Shown in pieces: positions 8,360 through 16,814 of a DNA stretch of 55,880 nucleotides. Below the pieces are notes generated by a model. That model worked only from the letters and a program-made list of their open reading frames with translations. It was not told the DNA's origin and ran no database searches. The stretch comes from Clostridia bacterium (GTDB lineage Bacteria > Bacillota > Clostridia > Oscillospirales > UBA644): positions 1 to 55,880 of the forward strand of contig JAFSAH010000028.1 in the NCBI GenBank assembly GCA_017441125.1, read 5' to 3'. The position numbers and the translations under genes are program-made. Position 1 is the first letter of the stretch, and the number at the start of each line of letters is the position of its first letter.

Positions 8360-10389
8360 ATAAAAAGCCTCGTATTTATATAATTTTTGCCGTTTTCATT
8401 TTAATTTGTTCCATTTTCGTATTGCAACTTGTAAAGCTTCAGCTTATTGACGGCGAATCATATGCCGAAAGATCACGGAACAGCGTCATTACAAAAACAT
8501 CGGTAAAAGCCCCCAGAGGAGATATCCTTGACAGATATTGCTCCCCTATCGTACAAAGTGAAACAGTAATGACTGTGGAAATAGATAAGTCCACAGTATC
8601 ATCGCTTAATTCCGAAATAAAAAAGCTTATAGAAATATTTGAAAGCACGGGAGATTCTTATTACGACTCCTTCCCTATTTCAAAGAACGAACCTTATATT
8701 TACGACGAGAGCTTTCTTGCAAGCTCTTCAAAAGTCACAGCCTTCAACAAATATCTTTCCGCAAAAAAAATAGACACGAACCTGAACGCAGAGGATACGG
8801 CTCGGGCGCTCATAAAATACTATAAATTAACTGCTCTGCCCGTAGACGATGCGTTAAAAACAGTAGCGGTCAGATATGAAATGGAGTCACGCGGCTCTCC
8901 CATATATTACGTTTTTGCAAGTGATATTTCCATTGAGACCGCAACTATAATCAAAGAACACAGCGAAGATCTTCCGGGCATATACATAAACGTAGAGCCT
9001 GTCAGAACCTACAGTGAAGAATATTTTGCGTCTCATATTATCGGAAACATCGGCTTGATATCTGCGGAAGAATACGATTCACTCAAATCGGAAGGATATT
9101 CCTACAATGACTATATAGGTAAAGACGGTATCGAAAAATATGCCGAAAGCTACCTGAGAGGCACAAACGGATACAGATACACAGTCAGAGATTCTACGGG
9201 TAGCGTCGTTGACGTTATTGAAGATATTGAGGCAATTCCCGGAAACGACGTTATACTTACCATAAGCAAGCCGATGCAAATGGTAACGGAACAAAGCCTT
9301 GAAAAAATAGTAGAAATGCTTAAGGAACAAAACGGAGAAGAAGCTGCAACCTCCGCAACCGCTATTTTTATGGACATAAACACAGCGGAAATCCTTTCAA
9401 TGGCTTCTTATCCCACATACAATTTAAGTACCTATAACCAAGACTTTGACTATTATACAAGCAGCGGGTTAAAGCCCTACGTTAACAGAGCCATTTCAGG
9501 ATTATTCCCTCCCGGTTCAACTTTTAAGACGGTCGTTTCCGTTGCAGCCCTTGAAGAAGGAATAATAACACCCGACACCATATTTAACTGTGAGGGTATT
9601 TACACGTATTACGAAACATTCCAGCCCTCCTGTTTTTCATACAGCGAATACGGAATAACTCACGGTGAGATCACAGTCAAAGAAGCCCTTATGAAATCTT
9701 GTAACTGCTTTTTCTTTGACGTGGGCCGCCAGCTTACAATTGAAAACATTACCAAATACGGCAAGCTGCTCGGCTTCGGAGAAAAAACGAACATTGACCT
9801 TTACGGTGAAAGCAAGGGCGTTCTCGCAAGCAGAGAAAACCGTGAAGCATCGGGAGAACAATGGCAGTACGGCGAAACATTGCTTGCGGCTATCGGTCAG
9901 TCTGATAACACCGTAACACCTCTTCAGCTGGTAAATGCGATTGCAACTATCGCAAACGGCGGTACAAGATATAAGCCTCACATTATAAAAGCCGTAAGAA
10001 ACCGCGAAAACGGCGAATTGATAATGGAGACGGAAATTGAAGTTGTGGAACAAATCGATTTAAAATCCTCGACTGTAGCCACGATAATCGAGGGCTTAAG
10101 GCTGAACGTCGTACAGGGCGGTTCCGCTTATGAAGGCTTCAAGGATTTCGACGTGGTCTCCGTAGGTGTAAAAACAGGGACTGCCGAAGTGTCCAACGGT
10201 TTACCGACGGCTCTTATGGTCGGGGTAGCGCCGATAGAAAATCCGCAGATAGCATTTGTCGTTGTAACGGAAAACGGCGGTACAAATGCTGCTTCAATTA
10301 ACGCAGAATTGGTAAAAGATGTGCTTGTATACTATTTTGAAGCAGACACACATACGGATATGAATTCTGCAGGCGAGCTCATTCAGTAA
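8353..10389 (+). CDS. mrdA: Class B penicillin-binding protein 2 (elongasome transpeptidase)
   Basis: N-terminal TM helix. SxxK 'PGSTFKTV', SxN 'GQSDN' and KTG 'VKTGTAE'. The start overlaps the mreD stop by 7 nt. Confidence 0.9.
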   Translation: MVNKKPRIYIIFAVFILICSIFVLQLVKLQLIDGESYAERSRNSVITKTSVKAPRGDILDRYCSPIVQSETVMTVEIDKSTVSSLNSEIKKLIEIFESTGDSYYDSFPISKNEPYIYDESFLASSSKVTAFNKYLSAKKIDTNLNAEDTARALIKYYKLTALPVDDALKTVAVRYEMESRGSPIYYVFASDISIETATIIKEHSEDLPGIYINVEPVRTYSEEYFASHIIGNIGLISAEEYDSLKSEGYSYNDYIGKDGIEKYAESYLRGTNGYRYTVRDSTGSVVDVIEDIEAIPGNDVILTISKPMQMVTEQSLEKIVEMLKEQNGEEAATSATAIFMDINTAEILSMASYPTYNLSTYNQDFDYYTSSGLKPYVNRAISGLFPPGSTFKTVVSVAALEEGIITPDTIFNCEGIYTYYETFQPSCFSYSEYGITHGEITVKEALMKSCNCFFFDVGRQLTIENITKYGKLLGFGEKTNIDLYGESKGVLASRENREASGEQWQYGETLLAAIGQSDNTVTPLQLVNAIATIANGGTRYKPHIIKAVRNRENGELIMETEIEVVEQIDLKSSTVATIIEGLRLNVVQGGSAYEGFKDFDVVSVGVKTGTAEVSNGLPTALMVGVAPIENPQIAFVVVTENGGTNAASINAELVKDVLVYYFEADTHTDMNSAGELIQ

Positions 10390-10415
10390 AAAAAACGAAA
10401 TATTTCAAAAAAGAC

Positions 10416-10444
10416 TTGATTTTAATCGTAAAATCATATATAAT
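10416..10444 (+). promoter_or_regulatory. Sigma-A-type promoter candidate upstream of the MinD-like gene
   Basis: TTGATT (10416-10421), a 17-nt spacer, then TATAAT (10439-10444). Confidence 0.5.
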
Positions 10445-10485
10445 GTAGAGTATAAATAAAAGAAGTAAGATCGGAGGAGAGTCAA

Positions 10486-11229
10486 CTGGGACGTATAATT
10501 ACAATAATTTCGGGAAAAGGCGGCGTAGGTAAATCCACTTTTTCTGCAAACACAGCAGTCTATCTCTCAAAGATCGGGAAACGCGTTCTGCTGATAGATT
10601 CGGATATAAATTTAAGCAATTTAGATATCATCATGGGTATCCAGGACAAGGTTTTGTTTGATGCTTCCGATATTGCCGCACAAAGATGCAGCTTTGAAAA
10701 AGCAGTTATAAAAATCAATGAAAATTTAGACTTCCTTTCGGGAGCGCTGAAGCCTTACAACGATACCGAAGCGATGGTTTCGGGAATCTGTGAAACCGCA
10801 AAAAATCAAAAAGATAATTACGATATTATCCTTATTGACTGTCCGTCGGGAATAGGTTTTACGGTCAAGTCTTTGGCTAAAATTTCAAATGCATCAATAG
10901 TTATAACAACTCCCGATATAACCGCAATCAGAGATGCGGGAAGAGCCGCTTCTTTGATTTACGGCGAAAAAACCGACGACGTGCGTTTAATAGTAAATAA
11001 AGTTAAACCCAAATTTATTCAAAAGGGATTGGCTCCCGATATTGATGAAATAATAGACAATACCGAAGTACGCCTTCTCGGATTGATTCCCGAAGATGTA
11101 AAAATACAAATATACGCAAATAAAGGAATTCTTGTTTCGGATATTAAAAAATCAATCTCGGGAAAAGCTTTTGAAAATATTGCCCAAAGAATTTCAGGAA
11201 ATAATGTTCCGTTATATAAATTTTGGTAG
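10486..11229 (+). CDS. MinD/ParA-family P-loop ATPase with a probable CTG start
   Basis: Deviant Walker A 'SGKGGVGKST' is encoded at 10510-10539, upstream of the first in-frame ATG (10633). The frame is open from 10456 and contains no ATG, GTG or TTG before the P-loop. GGAGGAG (10473-10479) lies 6 nt upstream of the CTG at 10486. Walker B is 'DIILIDCPSG'. Confidence 0.75.
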   Translation: MGRIITIISGKGGVGKSTFSANTAVYLSKIGKRVLLIDSDINLSNLDIIMGIQDKVLFDASDIAAQRCSFEKAVIKINENLDFLSGALKPYNDTEAMVSGICETAKNQKDNYDIILIDCPSGIGFTVKSLAKISNASIVITTPDITAIRDAGRAASLIYGEKTDDVRLIVNKVKPKFIQKGLAPDIDEIIDNTEVRLLGLIPEDVKIQIYANKGILVSDIKKSISGKAFENIAQRISGNNVPLYKFW

Positions 11230-11258
11230 TTAATTACAGAAAGGTGTGGTCCTTATAT

Positions 11259-11678
11259 ATGCTTAATATAGCTCTGATTGCACATGATAAAAGAAAGGAG
11301 CTTATGGTTCAATTCTGCATAAACTATTGCAGAGTACTTTCCAAACATAAAGTTTTTGCAACTGCTATTACCGGAAAAACTGTAAATGAAGCAACCGGTC
11401 TTGAAATAGAAAGACTTATGGCACGTACTCACGGAGGGTCACAACAAATCGCATCAAAAATAGCAAACAAAGAAATTGATTTATTGATTTATTTCAGAGA
11501 TACAGCCCAATCATCTTCAGAAAGCGCTGACGATACAACTCTTTTAAGAATATGCGACGTGCATAATATTCCAACGGCAACGAATATTGCAACGGCAGAG
11601 ATTCTTATCCGAGCGTTGGAACGGGGCGATCTTGAAAGAAAAGATCTTTACAGTTTATCAAGCCTTTATATGGCGTAA
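11259..11678 (+). CDS. Methylglyoxal synthase-like protein (MGS fold; catalytic motifs substituted)
   Basis: 'MLNIALIAHDKRKELMVQF...ATGLEIER...ICDVHNIPTATNIATAEILIRAL' closely parallels Bacillus and E. coli MgsA. I prefer the ATG at 11259 over the track start at 11223. Confidence 0.8.
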   Translation: MLNIALIAHDKRKELMVQFCINYCRVLSKHKVFATAITGKTVNEATGLEIERLMARTHGGSQQIASKIANKEIDLLIYFRDTAQSSSESADDTTLLRICDVHNIPTATNIATAEILIRALERGDLERKDLYSLSSLYMA

Positions 11679-11792
11679 TTTTTCATAAAGAAACAATTAA
11701 TATCAGACAGATAAAAAACAGTGTAAAAATGCGCTAAAAAATCAATACGGCGTACCGCAGCCTTATAAATGCGGTTGCTCGGCACATATCTG

Positions 11793-11829
11793 AAATCTCC
11801 ATCAGCCGCTATCGGAGATTTTCTTTATT
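11793..11829 (+). terminator. Hairpin plus T-rich tail between the mgsA-like gene and hisS (terminator or attenuator)
   Basis: AAATCTCC (11793-11800) pairs with GGAGATTT (11814-11821), followed by TCTTTATTA. Confidence 0.45.
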
Positions 11830-11867
11830 ATCAGTGCAGACAAATTAGCGGCGGAACGGAGAATTCA

Positions 11868-13124
11868 ATGACAGTAAAAGCACCGAGAGGAACGCATGAC
11901 GTTCTTCCATCAGATTCCTATAAATGGAGATACGTTGAAGAAACAGCAAATAAAATCTGCAGATCTGCAGGATATAAAGAAATAAGATTCCCTACTTTTG
12001 AAGAAACAGAGCTTTTCCAAAGAGGCGTTGGGGACACCACTGATATCGTACAGAAAGAGATGTATACATTCACAGATAAAGGGGAACGTTCTCTTACCCT
12101 CAGACCTGAAGGAACAGCTTCCGCTGTAAGACTTTGCGTTGAAAACGGACTTCTTACAGGAGCGCTTCCCGTAAAAGCTTATTATAAAATAACAGCCTTT
12201 CGTTATGAAAAACCCCAGCAAGGCAGATACAGAGAATTCAATCAGTTTGGCATGGAACTCTACGGAGCATCTGCCCCATCTGCCGATGCGGAAATGATAA
12301 GCCTTGCGGAAGATTTCATAAAGGCCTTGGGAATTAAGGGCGCAAAGCTTCGAATCAACTCTATCGGCTGCCCCGAATGCAGAAAAGAATATCATAAAGC
12401 ACTCAGGGAATATTTTACGCAATATAAAGAAGAGCTTTGTGAAACTTGCAACACCCGTCTTGAACGTAATCCCATGAGAATTCTTGACTGCAAGAGCCCC
12501 ATATGTAAAAACATCACAAAAAATGCTCCCGTTATTACAGATTTCCTTTGTGATGACTGCAAAGCTCACTATGAAGAGCTTAAAACGCTTCTCGATAACT
12601 GCGGAACAAAATACGAAGAAGACCCCGGAATTGTAAGAGGTCTCGACTATTATACAAGAACAGTATTCGAGCTTATCCATGATAAAACGGGACTTGCACT
12701 TCTTGCAGGTGGCCGTTACGACGGTCTTGTAAAAGAAATTGACGGAAAAATGGACGTTCCCGGTATCGGATTTGCCAGCGGTCTTGAAAGACTCGTTTCC
12801 GTTATGGAGGAAGAAGGACTTTCTTTCGGAGAAGAACCCACAACAGACCTTTATATAGCATCTATCGGTGAAAATGCGCTCCGCTATTCTTCCGCTTTGG
12901 CAAGAAAGCTCCGTAACTGCGGTATAAACGTAGAAACCGATATTATGGCCCGTTCACTTAAAGCACAGATGAAATATGCCGATAAAATTTCCGCTAAATA
13001 TTCTGTGGTTATCGGTGACAGCGAAACAGAAAACGGTGAAGCCGAACTGAAAAATATGCAAAACGGTGAAAAAATCAAGGTTAAATTGGACGAATCCTTG
13101 GCAATCGTTATCAAATCCAACTGA
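11868..13124 (+). CDS. hisS: Histidyl-tRNA synthetase
   Basis: 'MTVKAPRGTHDVLP', 'LRPEGTAS', motif 2 'FRYEKPQQGRYREFNQ' and 'GGRYDGL'. The start is placed at ATG 11868; the track extension back to 11769 covers the hairpin. Confidence 0.93.
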   Translation: MTVKAPRGTHDVLPSDSYKWRYVEETANKICRSAGYKEIRFPTFEETELFQRGVGDTTDIVQKEMYTFTDKGERSLTLRPEGTASAVRLCVENGLLTGALPVKAYYKITAFRYEKPQQGRYREFNQFGMELYGASAPSADAEMISLAEDFIKALGIKGAKLRINSIGCPECRKEYHKALREYFTQYKEELCETCNTRLERNPMRILDCKSPICKNITKNAPVITDFLCDDCKAHYEELKTLLDNCGTKYEEDPGIVRGLDYYTRTVFELIHDKTGLALLAGGRYDGLVKEIDGKMDVPGIGFASGLERLVSVMEEEGLSFGEEPTTDLYIASIGENALRYSSALARKLRNCGINVETDIMARSLKAQMKYADKISAKYSVVIGDSETENGEAELKNMQNGEKIKVKLDESLAIVIKSN

Positions 13125-13205
13125 AATTAAGAAATTTATTTACTAATAACAAAACAAAGACACAAATCTGACGATAAGATTATTTACAATAAAGAAGGTA
13201 TCATT

Positions 13206-14978
13206 ATGGCTTATATAAACAGAACCGACTACTGCGGCAACTTTTCCGCAAAAGACATCGGAAAAAATATAACCGTTGCAGGTTGGGTACAGAGAAGAAG
13301 AGTTCTCGGCGGTCTTATTTTCATTGACCTTCGTGACAGAACAGGTATTTTACAGCTCACGTTTGATGAACAACTAAACAAAGAGCTTTTTGATATTGCA
13401 TACACTCTTCGTTCCGAAGACGTTATTACAGCTTCAGGAACAGTAAGAAGCAGAGGCGAAGGTGCAATAAACAAAAATCTCCCCACAGGAGAAATCGAAG
13501 TTCTTGCAGATACTTTGAAAGTTCTCGGAAAAGCTGAAACTCCTCCCTTTGAAATAGTTGAAAACTCCAACTGTAACGAGGAGCTCAGACTTAAACACAG
13601 ATATCTTGATCTTCGCCGTCCCGATTTGCAGAAAAATATTCTTTTCAGACATAAGGTTACAAAGGTAACCCGCGACTACTTTGATGAAAACGGATTTATT
13701 GAAATCGAAACTCCAATGCTTATCCGTTCCACACCCGAAGGCGCAAGAGACTACCTCGTTCCCAGCCGTATTCATAAAGGCGGATTCTATGCGCTTCCCC
13801 AATCTCCCCAGCTTTACAAACAGCTTTCAATGGTTGCGGGATTTGACAGATATATGCAGATCGCCCGTTGCTTCAGAGATGAAGACCTTCGCGCGGACAG
13901 ACAGCCCGAATTCACACAGATCGACCTTGAAATGTCTTTCGTAGATGTTGAAGACGTTCTTAAGATCGGTGAAGGTTATATTCAGAGAGTATTCAAGGAA
14001 ACTCTCGGAGTAGATATTCATCTCCCCCTTCCCAGACTCACGTATAAAGAAGCTATGGAACGTTTCGGTTCAGACAAGCCTGACACCCGTTACGGAATGG
14101 AAATAGTAAATATTTCAGACCTGGTTAAGGATTGCGGATTTTCCGTATTTGCATCAACAGTTGCAAACGGCGGAAGCGTTCGCGGTATAGTTGCAAAAGA
14201 TGCGGCAGGAATTCTTACAAGAAAAGAAATAGACAAGCTTACGGAATACGTTAAAGGTATCGGAGGTAAGGGTCTTGCATGGATAAGAAGAACCGCAGAC
14301 GGAGATACTTCTTCCTTTGCAAAATTCATGAACGAAGACGAAATGAATGCGATCTACGAAAAGATGAACGTAGAAAAAGGCGACGTTGCAATGATCATTG
14401 CAGATACAAACAACAATCACGTTCTTTCCCAGCTCGGTCTGCTCAGAATCAAAACCGCAAACAGACTCCAGCTTAAGCTTGAAGGCTTCAACCTCCTTTG
14501 GATCGTTGAATTCCCCTTCTTTGATTTCGACGAAGATTCGCAGACATACGTTGCAATGCACCATCCTTTCACTTCTCCCATGGATGAATGTCTTGAATAC
14601 CTCGAAACAGATAAATCCAAGGTTCGCGCAAAAGCTTACGACCTGGTTCTTAACGGTATAGAACTTTCAAGCGGTTCAATCAGAATTACAGATCCCGAAC
14701 TTCAGAACAGAATGTTCAAGCTTCTCGGTCTCAGTGAAGAAGAAGCACATCTCAAATTCGGTTACCTTCTTGATGCGTTCAAATACGGAGCTCCTCCTCA
14801 CGGCGGTATGGGTATCGGTCTTGACAGACTTGTAATGCAGATGCTCCAATGCGACAGCCTCAGAGACGTTATTGCATATCCGAAAGTACAGAACGCTTCG
14901 GAACTCATGACGATGTGTCCTGCGGAAGTTGACCCCAAACAGTTGGAAGAACTCCACATTCAATTACTTGATAATTAA
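13206..14978 (+). CDS. aspS: Aspartyl-tRNA synthetase
   Basis: 'FIDLRDRTG', 'QSPQLYKQ', 'FRDEDLRADRQPEFTQID' and 'PPHGGMGIGLDRL'. Confidence 0.95.
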   Translation: MAYINRTDYCGNFSAKDIGKNITVAGWVQRRRVLGGLIFIDLRDRTGILQLTFDEQLNKELFDIAYTLRSEDVITASGTVRSRGEGAINKNLPTGEIEVLADTLKVLGKAETPPFEIVENSNCNEELRLKHRYLDLRRPDLQKNILFRHKVTKVTRDYFDENGFIEIETPMLIRSTPEGARDYLVPSRIHKGGFYALPQSPQLYKQLSMVAGFDRYMQIARCFRDEDLRADRQPEFTQIDLEMSFVDVEDVLKIGEGYIQRVFKETLGVDIHLPLPRLTYKEAMERFGSDKPDTRYGMEIVNISDLVKDCGFSVFASTVANGGSVRGIVAKDAAGILTRKEIDKLTEYVKGIGGKGLAWIRRTADGDTSSFAKFMNEDEMNAIYEKMNVEKGDVAMIIADTNNNHVLSQLGLLRIKTANRLQLKLEGFNLLWIVEFPFFDFDEDSQTYVAMHHPFTSPMDECLEYLETDKSKVRAKAYDLVLNGIELSSGSIRITDPELQNRMFKLLGLSEEEAHLKFGYLLDAFKYGAPPHGGMGIGLDRLVMQMLQCDSLRDVIAYPKVQNASELMTMCPAEVDPKQLEELHIQLLDN

Positions 14979-14990
14979 AAACAAATAAAG

Positions 14991-15027
14991 GATAAAGTAG
15001 ATATTTGTATTATATATCTACTTTATC
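14991..15027 (+). terminator. AT-rich 14-bp stem hairpin after aspS
   Basis: GATAAAGTAGATAT (14991-15004) pairs with ATATCTACTTTATC (15014-15027) around a 9-nt loop. There is no strong T-tract. Confidence 0.4.
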
Positions 15028-15070
15028 AAGTATAAATTAGACATAATGTCATCTCAGGAGGAACTTTTCT

Positions 15071-16099
15071 ATGATTACGGTTTCAGGTCTTACCAAGCGG
15101 TATGGAAAGAAAATTGCAGTAAACAACGCAAGTTTCACAATCAACCGCGGTGACATAGTAGGATTTCTCGGCCCGAACGGCGCGGGAAAAACCACTACAA
15201 TGAATATGATAACCGGATATATATCATCAACCTCAGGTAAAATATCAATCGGAGGTTATGATATACTTGAAAACCCAAATGAAGCGAAAGCAAAAATAGG
15301 GTATCTTCCGGAGCAGCCGCCGCTTTACCATGACATGACCGTAAAGGAATATCTGAGTTTCGTTTACAATCTTAAAGGCTGCTCAAAAAAAGAGAATATA
15401 AAAATTAAAAGCGAACATATTAAAGAAGTTTGCGAAGTGGTAAAGATTACCGATGTTTACAACAGAATGATAAAGAATCTTTCCAAAGGATATAAACAGA
15501 GAGTCGGCCTTGCGCAAGCTCTTCTCGGTGACCCGGAAATTCTTATTCTTGACGAACCCACGTCAGGCCTTGACCCCAAAGAAATCGTTGAAATAAGAAA
15601 TCTTATTAAGCGTCTCGGAACAAGAAGAACCGTAATTCTCAGTTCTCACGTTCTTTCTGAAGTTCAGGCGATCTGCGAGCGTATTATAATAATTAACGAA
15701 GGTTATGTTGTTATGGACGCACTGACTGATGAGCTTTCGGCAAATATGGGTCCCAACAGCCGTTATGGAATTCGCCTTGCGGCACCGGACGAAGACGACG
15801 TTGCGGGAGTTCTTGGCTCTCTCTTGGGAGTTTCTCACGTTGAATACGTCGGCAGTTACGAAAAGGGCACAAGCGATTTTATTATCGAAGCAGATAAAAA
15901 CGTTGATATCCGTCGAATTCTTTTCGATGAATGTGCAAAACGAAATTGGTATATTCTCATGATAACACCTCTCGGTATGTCATTGGAAGATATCTTTATC
16001 CAACTCGTAAACAAAAATTCCGAAGCAAAACAGCTCGCGGAAAATAAAGAGGAAGAAGTAAAGGAGGAATCCAACGATGACGGCGATATGGAAGCGTGA
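15071..16099 (+). CDS. ABC transporter ATP-binding protein (ABC-2 / GldA-like)
   Basis: Walker A 'GPNGAGKTT', signature 'LSKGYKQR' and Walker B 'ILILDEPTSGLD'. An AGGAGG ribosome-binding site is present. Confidence 0.92.
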   Translation: MITVSGLTKRYGKKIAVNNASFTINRGDIVGFLGPNGAGKTTTMNMITGYISSTSGKISIGGYDILENPNEAKAKIGYLPEQPPLYHDMTVKEYLSFVYNLKGCSKKENIKIKSEHIKEVCEVVKITDVYNRMIKNLSKGYKQRVGLAQALLGDPEILILDEPTSGLDPKEIVEIRNLIKRLGTRRTVILSSHVLSEVQAICERIIIINEGYVVMDALTDELSANMGPNSRYGIRLAAPDEDDVAGVLGSLLGVSHVEYVGSYEKGTSDFIIEADKNVDIRRILFDECAKRNWYILMITPLGMSLEDIFIQLVNKNSEAKQLAENKEEEVKEESNDDGDMEA

Positions 16100-16781
16100 G
16101 CTTGTATCATTCTTTAAAAATCCTATCGGCTATTTCGTATTCATGATATACGCCTTTCTTTCCGCAATAGTATTCTGCCTCTTTGTTATATGGCAAAACA
16201 CAAGTTACTTGGGCAATTATTTCGGTATGTGGCTTTTTGTTGTTGACATAGTTGTTATAGCCGTAATGTCTATGCGTTTTTTCAGCGAAGAGCGAAAAAA
16301 TAAAACAGATCAGTTATTACTCACCTCCCCGTTAAGCCTTTACTCTCTTGTTATAGGCAAATTTTTGGGTGCGTATACAATTATTCTTTCATGTACAGCC
16401 CTTAACCTTATATACGTAGTTATAGTTGACGCTTTCGGAACTATGGACTACGGCGCACTTCTTTCAAATACTGTGGGAACTCTGCTGATCCTTTCTGCAA
16501 TGATTTCAATCAGCCTCTTCATTTCAGCGCTTACCGAAAACCAAATAGCCGCTGCGGCAGGCTCCTTTGCAGTACTGTTTTTGCTTATGATTGTAGATTA
16601 CCTTGCAATGTTTATGCCCACATGGCTTGCAAAAGCAATGATGAGTTTAAATATCTATTCTCAATATGAAGATTTTACAAACGGTATTATAAGCTTACCA
16701 CCCGTTATTTATTACATCAGCGTTACGGTAATTTCACTGTTCCTCACAGTAAAGGTTATTGAAAAACGCCGTTGGAACTAA
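16077..16781 (+). CDS. ABC-2 type permease (GldF-like)
   Basis: Six predicted hydrophobic helices. Overlaps the ATPase gene by 23 nt. Confidence 0.8.
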   Translation: MTAIWKRELVSFFKNPIGYFVFMIYAFLSAIVFCLFVIWQNTSYLGNYFGMWLFVVDIVVIAVMSMRFFSEERKNKTDQLLLTSPLSLYSLVIGKFLGAYTIILSCTALNLIYVVIVDAFGTMDYGALLSNTVGTLLILSAMISISLFISALTENQIAAAAGSFAVLFLLMIVDYLAMFMPTWLAKAMMSLNIYSQYEDFTNGIISLPPVIYYISVTVISLFLTVKVIEKRRWN

Positions 16782-16814
16782 AAATTCCAAAGTATGTAAG
16801 AAAGGAATGATGGT

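Noticed and set aside
11735-11760. A possible T-box core (AATACGGCGTACCGCAG) upstream of hisS.
   Set aside because: It matches only partially to the AAnnnGGGUGGUACCGCG consensus and lacks the UGGN tRNA-acceptor pairing bulge. The leader (189 nt) has no recognisable Stem I, specifier loop or GA motif. I treat it as unproven and list only the hairpin as a feature.
11769-11867. An N-terminal extension of hisS in the ORF track (start at 11769).
   Set aside because: The extension would be translated through the terminator-like hairpin, and it has no ribosome-binding site. The conserved HisRS N-terminus (MTVKAPRGTHD) begins at ATG 11868.
11910-12680. A 256-aa minus-strand ORF inside hisS. Similar long antisense ORFs occur at 33684-34487 (in fucI), 41472-42155 (in serA), 36721-37242 (in ymdB), 42291-42821 (in tgt), 18980-19468, 20043-20540 and 27190-27618.
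   Set aside because: All are fully embedded antisense to genes with unambiguous conserved motifs. Their translations are compositionally odd and have no motifs. They are shadow ORFs.
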